DNA of 32,000 nt. Source: Vibrio vulnificus CMCP6 (GTDB lineage: Bacteria > Pseudomonadota > Gammaproteobacteria > Enterobacterales > Vibrionaceae). Each line of letters starts with the position of its first letter. The first letter of the stretch is position 1. The stretch spans positions 690,001 through 722,000 of the forward strand of contig NC_004460.2 of assembly GCF_000039765.1 (NCBI RefSeq), written 5' to 3'. The notes under the pieces were generated by a model, which saw only the letters and a list, made by a program, of their open reading frames with translations, did not search any database and was not told the origin of the DNA. The translations under genes and the position numbers were made by a program. Positions 10,139 to 17,874 of this stretch are shown here, piece by piece.

Positions 10139-10765
10139 ATGAAAAAGACATTCGCAGTTATATTAAGTTGCTTCTCATTAAATGCGTGCGTTTCACACAC
10201 TGCTAATGATTTTAGCTCAGCCTATGATTACCTTAAAGCGACACTAACTCCAACCTTATTGGGACTTGAAGTACCGATCAGTGGGGATCAAGAAGTGTTT
10301 CTCTTTCGTAATACTTTTCATTCAGTAACTCAAAAGATTCAGAGTAATGCAAACATCTATTGGGAAAACGATATACGCTACCTAGCATTTACAAGTCCGC
10401 TAGACACAGAGCATTTAATGAAGCCTCTTATCTACGCACACCGATATTGCAAAGGGAGATTGCATCGTTTAAGAAATATCCAAGGGGAATTCTTTTATGA
10501 CTCAGGCACCAATACATGGGTGCTGTATAAAAATTCAACATCCTTTTTATATTCTTCAGCACACACATCCGTTCCAGCCTCAGATAACCCTAAGAGCATT
10601 CAAGAAGCTTTATTTATATCTGAGCAATATTTTGGGTTATTTGCATGCGAAAGTAACGAGAAAAACTGGACAATAGAGATTGCACCTACCGCTTTCTCTA
10701 TCGATAAAAGTGGGCCTATACCCGTATTCACTACAGGAATCGTTGTCCGAGTAAGCCCCCCATAA
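10139..10765 (+). CDS. Lipoprotein, function unknown (positional candidate for an exclusion function)
   Basis: ATG at 10139 with a GGAGAG RBS. Lipobox in MKKTFAVILSCFSLNAC. AT-rich gene located directly after traG. Confidence 0.6.
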   Translation: MKKTFAVILSCFSLNACVSHTANDFSSAYDYLKATLTPTLLGLEVPISGDQEVFLFRNTFHSVTQKIQSNANIYWENDIRYLAFTSPLDTEHLMKPLIYAHRYCKGRLHRLRNIQGEFFYDSGTNTWVLYKNSTSFLYSSAHTSVPASDNPKSIQEALFISEQYFGLFACESNEKNWTIEIAPTAFSIDKSGPIPVFTTGIVVRVSPP

Positions 10766-10864
10766 ATCATACCTATTGACGTTATTAGTTGAATACAGAA
10801 AACCGCCTAGCTATGTCGGTGTTTTGTCTTCCATGCAACGAATACCCTCTTCAGCCCCTGCTTA

Positions 10865-10891
10865 CTGCGTGACGCTTGCGGTGTCACGCAG
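10865..10891. terminator. Hairpin between convergent genes (9-bp stem, 9-nt loop)
   Basis: CTGCGTGAC-gcttgcggt-GTCACGCAG, followed on the + strand by TGATTTCTTTCC. Lies between the lipoprotein stop (10765) and the kilA-N-like stop (10909). Confidence 0.5.
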
Positions 10892-10908
10892 TGATTTCTT
10901 TCCACGCT

Positions 10909-11655
10909 TCACAACACCTGATTCATCAGAGCGTTGTGGTTTCGGCTTAAGGCCATAACATCATCGGCTAGCCTATCAATCTGCTGCTGTTGCATCCGCA
11001 TCCGGCCTTGAAATCCTTGGTATTCTTGCTCATCTATTAGCGTTAAGCCGTGTTGTTTGGCTTGTTGTTTAAGTCGCTGCAATTGAGGTGACTGAGTACG
11101 TAACTCATTGGCTAAATCCTGTTTTAATATTCTTTTTGCTAGCGCATGCTCGAAGCCTTGCTCTTGTGACCAAGCGTTGGTGTTGAAGACCGAGTTGTAA
11201 TGAAAGTGGATATTCTGGGTGGTGACGTTTTTGACTTGGGCGAGTTCGTAGATGAGATCATTCAGTGAGAAGTCAGACGAGGGTATTGGAGACGGTAGTG
11301 GCGGTGTTTGATGGTTACTTATGTTCTCAAAGGCACGAATCACCTTGAGATGGAACTTGGGGCTAATCCACATTGCGTATGAGTAGACCAGTTCTTTGCA
11401 TACCCAGGTACCAGAATTACAACCGCCACGCTTGGTATTTACGGCAAAGTGTGAATTCGCACTTTGGGATTTTTCACGAAAGCAACAATTCCTGCTTTGG
11501 TCTATTTCATTAATCAGTTCTTGGGTTTGCTGATTGCGAAGAAATTGAACAGGCTTGTGTTTTTGATGGCCACCACTCGCTTTATGTAGATCATTCAGCG
11601 AGTACAAGTTGTCGAGTACACGAATGTTTTTGGAAAGGATAGTTAGATTAGTCAT
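10909..11655 (-). CDS. KilA-N domain protein with C-terminal coiled coil
   Basis: Start set at the ATG at 11655 (GGAGG RBS 6 nt upstream) rather than 11907. The N-terminus MTNLTILSKNIRVLDNLYSLNDLHKASGG..KPVQFLRNQQTQELI..GTWVCKELVYSYAMWISPKFHLKVIRAF matches the KilA-N/Bro-type DNA-binding domain. The C-terminal half is Q-rich and helical. Confidence 0.75.
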   Translation of the reverse strand: MTNLTILSKNIRVLDNLYSLNDLHKASGGHQKHKPVQFLRNQQTQELINEIDQSRNCCFREKSQSANSHFAVNTKRGGCNSGTWVCKELVYSYAMWISPKFHLKVIRAFENISNHQTPPLPSPIPSSDFSLNDLIYELAQVKNVTTQNIHFHYNSVFNTNAWSQEQGFEHALAKRILKQDLANELRTQSPQLQRLKQQAKQHGLTLIDEQEYQGFQGRMRMQQQQIDRLADDVMALSRNHNALMNQVL

Positions 11656-11935
11656 ACTGACCTCCTTGGAATGATACATATAATCACCACTCAAAGGGAC
11701 TAATCTTCGGGTGGTGAACTGAACAGGGTTAGTTCTACCGCTTCCAAGGATACGGCTAGCCGAAGCTGCCCAGCCCACCATAATGCAGATAGTACAATCC
11801 GTAACCGAATCGACTATGTCCAGGTGTGCCGAAGCTACACATAAAAACCACCAAAAAGCCGGAGAGTACCCTAAACCATATTTGCCCCAAAGCGTGTTTC
11901 GTATCAAACGAATGGGAAATACATGTTTTCAAAAG
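11656..11935 (-). promoter_or_regulatory. Long hairpin-rich leader / possible structured RNA upstream of the KilA-N gene
   Basis: On the minus strand there are two hairpins capped by UUCG tetraloops (GTGTAGC-TTCG-GCACAC near 11825-11842; GGCAGC-TTCG-GCTAGCC near 11752-11770), sharing the repeated core AGCTTCGGC. A CACCAC..GTGGTG stem lies near 11686-11717. A candidate promoter TTGCCA-N17-TTTTAT lies near 11938-11966. Confidence 0.3.
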
Positions 11936-11991
11936 TGCATAAAAAATGTGATGGTTTCAACTGGCAAATTTAGTCGATCTTTTAGCATCTA

Positions 11992-13179
11992 CTACTGTTT
12001 CTGTAACTCATCAAACCCATTAAACCGCTGATGCAGTTTCGTGCCTATGGTCAACGACACCAAGAGGCTGGTCAAAGCGATCACTGCTCCTACAACAAAC
12101 ACCCATTGATAACCAGACATCCAAATGATTCCCAACAAAAACGGTAGGAACACCGCTGCAATATGGTTAATGGTGAATGACAAGCTCGCAGTTGAAGCCA
12201 CTTCATCTTCCCTAATTGTTTTTTTAAAATAAGTATTTAGGGCTATCGCAAAACTAAAAGTGATACTGTCGACAACGTATAGTCCGGCTGCCGCATAATG
12301 ATCATCTACAAATGCGTAAGATAAGAACACCAACATTAACGTTGTATACTCAATGATCAAACCTTGCCTTTCTCCTACACGGTCAATAAAGCGTCCGACA
12401 TAAGGTAGAGCAACAGTCGTTGCTAAACTAGATATCATAAATAAAGCGGCCATCATCGCGATCGTATAGTGAAACTTGGTAACCATTAGTAAGCCAGCAA
12501 ATGCGACAAAGATTTGCCTTCTTGCCCCACTCAAAAACGTCAGAATGTAATACGTCGTGTACTCGCGTCGTATAAGCAGTTTGATGCGTTGCTTAACCTC
12601 TGTATGAGTTTCTTGAAACGTGACCAAATAGACCGCCAGCAAGAAACATATTGCCCCACAAGTAAAGAAAATTGCCTTATCGGAAACATCAAAAAGATAG
12701 CTAGCGACCATAATGCCTAAAAAAGTCACCATCGAGAAGAAAGATGCGGTGGAGCGAATCTTTCCCATTGATTCACTAAAACTTTCGGTAGCTAACAATT
12801 GTGTTGACAGTGATTTGTCTACCGCTTCTAGGTAATGGAAACCAATAGACATAATAGTCGTACTGAAATAGAAGCCATAAATCGAAGGCAAAAAGCCGGT
12901 TGCTGCAACACCTAGCCCTAATGTTGCAACCGACAGTACCGCGACTCTTTGTTCAGAGACAATGAACAACAGGAACAATACGGTGAATGAGAGTAAACCA
13001 GGGATTTCCCTAACACTCTGCAATACACCCACACCAGCACCAGTCATACCAACAGTATCGACGGCAAAGTTATTCATAACGACTCGCCATCCGGTATTCG
13101 CTATTACTGACGCGATAGCAATAATCACCAACATCGCGAATGCACTCCGCGATGTTAAAAGTCGAAGCAAGTCGGTCAT
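11992..13179 (-). CDS. MFS transporter
   Basis: 395 aa with about 12 hydrophobic segments and an MFS motif-A-like loop GRFIDRVGERQG. Its ATG directly abuts the stop of the upstream gene (TAA-ATG at 13177-13182). Confidence 0.85.
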   Translation of the reverse strand: MTDLLRLLTSRSAFAMLVIIAIASVIANTGWRVVMNNFAVDTVGMTGAGVGVLQSVREIPGLLSFTVLFLLFIVSEQRVAVLSVATLGLGVAATGFLPSIYGFYFSTTIMSIGFHYLEAVDKSLSTQLLATESFSESMGKIRSTASFFSMVTFLGIMVASYLFDVSDKAIFFTCGAICFLLAVYLVTFQETHTEVKQRIKLLIRREYTTYYILTFLSGARRQIFVAFAGLLMVTKFHYTIAMMAALFMISSLATTVALPYVGRFIDRVGERQGLIIEYTTLMLVFLSYAFVDDHYAAAGLYVVDSITFSFAIALNTYFKKTIREDEVASTASLSFTINHIAAVFLPFLLGIIWMSGYQWVFVVGAVIALTSLLVSLTIGTKLHQRFNGFDELQKQ

Positions 13180-13917
13180 TTAAGCTACCGATCCCAAAAG
13201 AAAATCTTGAATATGGTCACGCATGAACAAAGCCATCGAAGAAAGGTCGTCCCATGTTTCTTTGTTCGTGTGGGTTATACATTCGATAAAGACTTTACTT
13301 AGGTGTGGCTCAGCATGTAACCAACAACTTACATATTGTGCGGTGTAACACACATGCTGCATTTCATCTTCTAAGATTTTTTGAATCGTTGGACGCATTT
13401 GTTTCATGTAATCATCGTCCGACTCATCAATGATGGCCAAATGTAGTACAAGTAAACGCCATGAACGTATTTCAATAGAGTGAACCCGAAACAGGAATGT
13501 CTTAAGGTCATCGTCAAAGTTCATGACTTTGTCTAACTCAAATTGAACTTCATGTTCATGTGTTTCTGTCTCGTACCCAGTTAAAGGAATAAGACTGGCA
13601 AACAGCGTAGAGTGGTTCATTTCATCATTATAATGACGCAACATACGCTGCCTTAATTCATCATCAGCATACCGCTCTGCGATCATTCGCAACCTTGCTG
13701 CACCTTTAGCTTCATCTATCGCGTTGTGCAAAAGGTAGTAAGCCATCATCTTTTTATTTTGAAAAATAGTTCGAGCCAACCCATTCATCATCTCAGAAGT
13801 GAATGACAAATCAGATACTAAATACTTCTCGATGCAATCTTTGTATTCTTTTGAAAGACTCACACCTTTAATATCGTATAAGTCATAGAGACTGTTTTGT
13901 ATATTATTCATAGACAA
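13180..13917 (-). CDS. Ferritin-like diiron-carboxylate family protein
   Basis: 245 aa with a duplicated E..ExxH pattern: E69 ... E99-M-N-H102 and E149 ... E185-M-Q-H188, with spacings typical of four-helix-bundle diiron enzymes. AAGGA RBS. Forms an operon with the MFS gene. Confidence 0.6.
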   Translation of the reverse strand: MSMNNIQNSLYDLYDIKGVSLSKEYKDCIEKYLVSDLSFTSEMMNGLARTIFQNKKMMAYYLLHNAIDEAKGAARLRMIAERYADDELRQRMLRHYNDEMNHSTLFASLIPLTGYETETHEHEVQFELDKVMNFDDDLKTFLFRVHSIEIRSWRLLVLHLAIIDESDDDYMKQMRPTIQKILEDEMQHVCYTAQYVSCWLHAEPHLSKVFIECITHTNKETWDDLSSMALFMRDHIQDFLLGSVA

Positions 13918-13988
13918 TTCCTTTTCTCAGTTGACTCCTTAACTGATACACTTTCTTGAGTGCCTTATTGAGTGGGGGAGCAAGCTAG

Positions 13989-14132
13989 TTAGCGAGACTC
14001 TTTTTTGTGTGGTATTGACGGGACTGGATTCGATTCAAAGGCAGCATTTGATCGTACGAGTCTTGGAGGTTGGTTAGAGATATCTTGCTTCTGAAGTTTT
14101 AGCGCCAAAGCAGTTCTTAGTTTTCCGTTCAT
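13989..14132 (-). CDS. Candidate 47-aa ORF upstream of the diiron/MFS operon
   Basis: Below the ORF-track cutoff. ATG at 14132 is preceded by GAGGA with 7-nt spacing. It encodes MNGKLRTALALKLQKQDISNQPPRLVRSNAAFESNPVPSIPHKKESR and stops 71 nt before the diiron gene. Confidence 0.3.
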   Translation of the reverse strand: MNGKLRTALALKLQKQDISNQPPRLVRSNAAFESNPVPSIPHKKESR

Positions 14133-14290
14133 ATTCAAATCCTCAAAAATAATATTATGTTCAGAGTTTGGTCACGATATGCAACTCAAATCAAGAACAC
14201 AGAGATAATACCCCTGGTTATCACGTTGTTACACGATCATTTATAAAATGTTACCTTTTGAAATTAACAAGTATTACGGGTGTTTTTATT

Positions 14291-14313
14291 TATTTGAGAT
14301 TCTTACTATTTCC
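14291..14313 (+). repeat. Junction motif copy B
   Basis: TATTTGAGATTCTTACTATTTCC. Its first 11 nt are identical to 22232-22242. Confidence 0.45.
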
Positions 14314-14419
14314 AACTGACGATGATGTACCGGTTAGATCTGCGCCAGATGAGCTGAACTACAAGTTAAGAGACTTCTCGCATTCATAGTTATTCATGAA
14401 AGACTAATTTAGCAAGATA

Positions 14420-14847
14420 TTGACAAATACACGTAACCTGAGGCGACCAGCAAAGGGGCTTGTGTTACACAGCGATAGGGGCTCCCAGTATCCGAGCAGA
14501 CAATATCGCAAACAACTACAGGGTTATGGCATGTGGGCGAGCATTGGAGATGTCGGTGCTTGCTGGGATAATGCCGTGGTCGAGCGGTTCTTCGGAAGTT
14601 TAAAGCACGACTGGTTGTTTAAAGTGCACCAACCAGAGAGCATATGAAGGAGGATGTCTCAGCCTACATGAGGTATTACAACCTCGAAAAGCTGCATTCG
14701 GCGAACAATGACATGAAGCCAATTAATTATGAAGAGTTTTTAGCAGAAATAGACAAATGCCCACAGGCGTCTATAAAACGTTTTTATCCACCAACGTTTC
14801 AGATCTTCCTGAACCCTACTAAATGTGACTGCCAAACTTCATGTTGA
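14420..14847 (+). mobile_element. IS3-family transposase (OrfB) remnant, 5'-truncated and frameshifted
   Basis: HSDRGSQY (second DDE Asp) and CWDNAVVERFFGSLKHD (DDE Glu region) lie in one frame. The tail AYMRYYNLEKLHSANNDMKPINYEEF lies in another frame, with the shift near 14640. The N-terminal catalytic region and OrfA are absent. Confidence 0.8.
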
Positions 14848-14872
14848 CCAAAAACACTGAGAGGAGGTCATC

Positions 14873-15469
14873 ATGAGAAAGTTTTCTTCTGGAAAATGCA
14901 GTGGCATAAAAAGGCCATTTAAGCTTGAAGAAATCTGGCGGATCAGAACTAGGCTGGAGATTGAAAACGATTTAATGCAGCTCGCGCTACTGAACTTAGC
15001 TATAGATAGCAAGTTAAGAGCGAGTGATTTGCTAAAGCTACACGTTTACGATGTGTCTTCGCAAGGAGTTATCTATGACAGGGTTCAGTGCATCCAGCAA
15101 AAAACGGGCACCGATGTCCACTATGAGATAACACCAAGAACACAGCAAAGTATTAGCCGATGGATTTTTGCAGCATCCCTAGAGGCAAGCAGTTTTCTAT
15201 TTCCGAGTAGCAGACGCTCTGGGCAACCCATCAGCTACTCATTCTATCGTTCAATTATCAGGAGCTGGGCTGTAAAGCTTGGATTGAATGCTGACTATTA
15301 CGGTACTCACTCCATGCGTCGCACCAAAGCCACTTTAATCTATGCCAGAACGAAAAACATCAGGGCTGTACAGATCTTACTTGGACACTCGAAGCTTGAT
15401 AACACAATTCGATACCTCGGCGTTGAGCTAGAAGACGCTCTGAGGTTGTCTGAGAAAACAGACTGCTGA
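14873..15469 (+). CDS. Short tyrosine recombinase (catalytic domain only, FimB/FimE-sized)
   Basis: 198 aa with a GAGGAGG RBS. Catalytic signature: R in SKLRASDLL, HSMRRTKAT (H-x-x-R), LLGHSKLDNTIRYL (H..Y). There is no N-terminal core-binding domain. Confidence 0.85.
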   Translation: MRKFSSGKCSGIKRPFKLEEIWRIRTRLEIENDLMQLALLNLAIDSKLRASDLLKLHVYDVSSQGVIYDRVQCIQQKTGTDVHYEITPRTQQSISRWIFAASLEASSFLFPSSRRSGQPISYSFYRSIIRSWAVKLGLNADYYGTHSMRRTKATLIYARTKNIRAVQILLGHSKLDNTIRYLGVELEDALRLSEKTDC

Positions 15470-15484
15470 GAGATAGGAGCTGTT

Positions 15485-15510
15485 ACAGGCTTTTCTCCTG
15501 AAAAGCCTGT
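15485..15510 (+). terminator. Perfect 11-bp stem hairpin after the recombinase gene
   Basis: ACAGGCTTTTC-tcct-GAAAAGCCTGT, 16 nt after the stop. No clean T-run follows. Confidence 0.55.
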
Positions 15511-15794
15511 GCCCCTATATGTTTTAGATAGACTTGTCATTAGCAGGAAGCAAATAGAGGAACGAACTACTTTTCCTAATCGAAATGTATCGACAAATCC
15601 AAGGCCTTACTAGGTATCTATTGGCTGGGCAATGACCGAGGGATTAACTCATGATGTGTTTAGCTGAGTTGGTTTCGCTATCGCCATCTATGTGAACATT
15701 GAAACGGCGAAAACGATGTTATTTATGAATGAAGAGCGACATCAAACCCATTATCCGCTTAGGGCAATTCCGGCATTGGCGCTCATGACATTGC

Positions 15795-15816
15795 AAAAAG
15801 GACACATTGCGTGTCC
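15795..15816 (-). terminator. Rho-independent terminator of the NTase-SLATT operon
   Basis: On the minus strand: GGACAC-gcaat-GTGTCC followed by TTTTT, 10 nt after the SLATT stop codon. Confidence 0.6.
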
Positions 15817-15825
15817 CCCATGTTG

Positions 15826-16536
15826 TTATTTAGTCGCTTCACTATCCGGATTTGGTTCTGGTGTGGCATCTTTGACTAAAGCTGATTGTGATTCCGGTGC
15901 GGGTTGTTCTTGCCAGCATCCCACACAAGGCTCAGAAACCCATGCCCAAGTCTTGCTTGTGATACAAAATGGGTTTAGCCATAGCAAGGCAGCTACTATG
16001 GCACCAATGACCACAGCACGCAGGCTTAGAGGAACTTTGTCATTAAAGCCGAGAGCAAGTTCAGTGCTCATCCAGTCGCTATTGTGCTCAGAAAAGACTT
16101 TGTAATGGGCATACCATGAGGACAGCAACACAGGAGACATGGTGTCAACAGCTCGATGATCAGCCTGCACTTGAGCTAGGTCAGCTCTTGCTTTGGCAAC
16201 AGAGTTGGTATCTTGTATGTCAACTTCGCAGTAAATGCGCTCTAGTTTCTTGCTGATATCAGTCAAGCTAATCCCTGTCGCTTCATACTGCTCTTTCTGA
16301 AGCTCTCTTGGCTTAAGGACGATCCCGATAATACCGATAATAAGCAACAGAGCCGCTAAAGCCTTGCTGTTGAACTCTGCAAATGCCAAACCAAGCACAC
16401 CAAAAGACAGCGAAACTACGCTAATAATCGTAGGAAGCTTTTCGCAGATATCGAATGACGCAAAATGAAGCTTGGCGCTGTAGAGTACGTTGTAATACTC
16501 TCTAGCCACTTGCTTCTTAATCGTCTGTTCCGTCAT
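15826..16536 (-). CDS. SLATT-like membrane protein (predicted pore/effector partner of the NTase)
   Basis: 236 aa. N-terminal helix (AREYYNVLYSAKLHF), two closely spaced TM helices (about aa 34-52 and 58-74), a helical linker, a third TM (about 168-189) and a Cys/Trp/Pro-rich tail. AGGA RBS in the 12-nt gap after the NTase stop. Confidence 0.65.
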   Translation of the reverse strand: MTEQTIKKQVAREYYNVLYSAKLHFASFDICEKLPTIISVVSLSFGVLGLAFAEFNSKALAALLLIIGIIGIVLKPRELQKEQYEATGISLTDISKKLERIYCEVDIQDTNSVAKARADLAQVQADHRAVDTMSPVLLSSWYAHYKVFSEHNSDWMSTELALGFNDKVPLSLRAVVIGAIVAALLWLNPFCITSKTWAWVSEPCVGCWQEQPAPESQSALVKDATPEPNPDSEATK

Positions 16537-16548
16537 AAACTATTGTTC

Positions 16549-17814
16549 CTATTCGATTGGGACGGTGATTTCATGTCGTGCTATCACCGTATTGTTGCGG
16601 ATAGCGTAACACTCAACCGTATGATCGCCATAGAAATTAGCGGTCTCGATACGAGTTTTGCTACCGTCATCATCCATGATTTCACCACGGTGATTCCTCA
16701 GCTTGTCAGCCTCATCCCCACGGTTACGCACCTTCCACTTCACCTCATAATCTTCTCCGATGTCGGTTTGTTTTACAAAGAAGTGCAGTTTCCGTTGATG
16801 CTGAATTCGCTCCCCAACAAATTTTATTGATGACAACATTCTGGTCATCAGGTCGCTTTTAACCTCACAATCAATGATAATTTGGTTGGTAATATCCAGA
16901 TCGAACAGTTCCTCGATAAACTGCTCATTAACCGCCGCCGCTTGTTTGGCTTCACGATTAGGAAACTTAGTGCCAAAAATAGCCTTATATCGCTGGTTGC
17001 ACTTATCCTCATAGCCGCTCTCTCTGGCTTCTATGGCTTCAATGGCATTTTCCAGCGCTATCTGCGCATCAGCTTGGAATGCTTTCTTTATACCGACTTG
17101 GGAGTTACTGCCAAATGCGTAGTAGTACGTTTTCTCTGGCTCTTTGGTGAGGTATTGGAAAAAATCTCGCACCATCTTGTCAAAGCTACCGAAACTAGCT
17201 TTGTCGTAATCGGTGTTATCTTTGAAGAAGTTGTAGCAGAGAGTATCAATCAGAAAGCCACTCATCTGAATATCGTTTCTGGCCTTCCAAGCACGAATCA
17301 TTTTCGCAAGCTTACGTAGGTTGTCTTTACGCTCGGTGTTCAACTCCCTAAATGCTTGTAATTCAGCACGAGTGTTACACTTGCGCCATAAGCCGCCGTT
17401 ATATGTGTCAGGATATTTGAAAACTCCCTGCCATTCGAATACGGGCACCACCTCAAAGGTAAAGTCCTGCATCTCAACTACCACCACGTTGCGGTCTTTT
17501 TTTACCTTACTTGTCTTGTATGTCTTCTTGATAGCATCTTTGGCGTGGTCTAGTGCCTTTGATGGGTCTTTGCGGTAGGTAGGCCAAGTGCTAGGTGGGA
17601 GTATGTAGAGCATATCAAGGTCAGAAATACCTTGGATTCCAGAGTAACGACCATACGATCCAGCCTGAAGACTGTAACTTGTCTTGTCGTTTTCCAAACC
17701 TCGAAACTGTTCATTGAGGTTCTTCGTGATGCTTTCATAGCGACTCGAAATTTTGTTCTTGTTCTTGATCTTCAAGTTGTCCAAAAACACACTGAAATCC
17801 CGTCTTACCGTCAT
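16549..17814 (-). CDS. SMODS/CD-NTase-like nucleotidyltransferase with C-terminal AGS-C-like domain
   Basis: 421 aa with a GAGGG RBS. Pol-beta NTase signature G52-S53 .. D65-L-D67 .. E121 (FEVVPVF). A helical middle region is followed by a beta-rich C-terminal domain (EDYEVKWKVRNRGDEA..HRGEI..FYGDHTVECYAI). Confidence 0.75.
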   Translation of the reverse strand: MTVRRDFSVFLDNLKIKNKNKISSRYESITKNLNEQFRGLENDKTSYSLQAGSYGRYSGIQGISDLDMLYILPPSTWPTYRKDPSKALDHAKDAIKKTYKTSKVKKDRNVVVVEMQDFTFEVVPVFEWQGVFKYPDTYNGGLWRKCNTRAELQAFRELNTERKDNLRKLAKMIRAWKARNDIQMSGFLIDTLCYNFFKDNTDYDKASFGSFDKMVRDFFQYLTKEPEKTYYYAFGSNSQVGIKKAFQADAQIALENAIEAIEARESGYEDKCNQRYKAIFGTKFPNREAKQAAAVNEQFIEELFDLDITNQIIIDCEVKSDLMTRMLSSIKFVGERIQHQRKLHFFVKQTDIGEDYEVKWKVRNRGDEADKLRNHRGEIMDDDGSKTRIETANFYGDHTVECYAIRNNTVIARHEITVPIE

Positions 17815-17838
17815 ATGTCACCCTCATGTAGTTAAGTC

Positions 17839-17874
17839 CATGTATTACATGGGGGCATTGTTTGGTAAAACAAT
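17839..17874. promoter_or_regulatory. Two adjacent palindromes just upstream of the NTase start codon
   Basis: CATGTA-T-TACATG (17839-17851) and ATTGTTT-ggta-AAACAAT (17857-17874), lying 25-60 bp upstream of the ATG at 17814 on the minus strand. Confidence 0.35.

Noticed and set aside
10776-10958. A 60-aa + strand ORF after the lipoprotein gene.
   Set aside because: It runs through the intergenic hairpin and into the 3' end of the convergent KilA-N gene. It has no RBS.
11708-11780. A tRNA-sized segment closed by a GGTGG/CCACC stem, considered as a possible tRNA or integration target.
   Set aside because: No T-loop (GTTCRANNC) consensus, no D-arm and no cloverleaf could be drawn on either strand.
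11656-11907. The 84-codon N-terminal extension of the KilA-N ORF (the 332-aa form).
   Set aside because: The KilA-N domain begins exactly at the internal Met, which has a GGAGG RBS. The extension is W/C-rich, has no RBS, and coincides with strong RNA hairpins.
14168-14389. A 73-aa ORF in the AT-rich spacer. Its tail (..VRSAPDELNYKLRDF) was considered as a further upstream piece of the IS3 transposase.
   Set aside because: The similarity to the IS3 OrfB N-terminal region is too weak to support by eye. It has no RBS. The left limit of the IS remnant is therefore left at about 14420.
15692-16105. A 137-aa + strand ORF.
   Set aside because: It lies antisense to the SLATT gene and spans that gene's terminator. 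It has no RBS.
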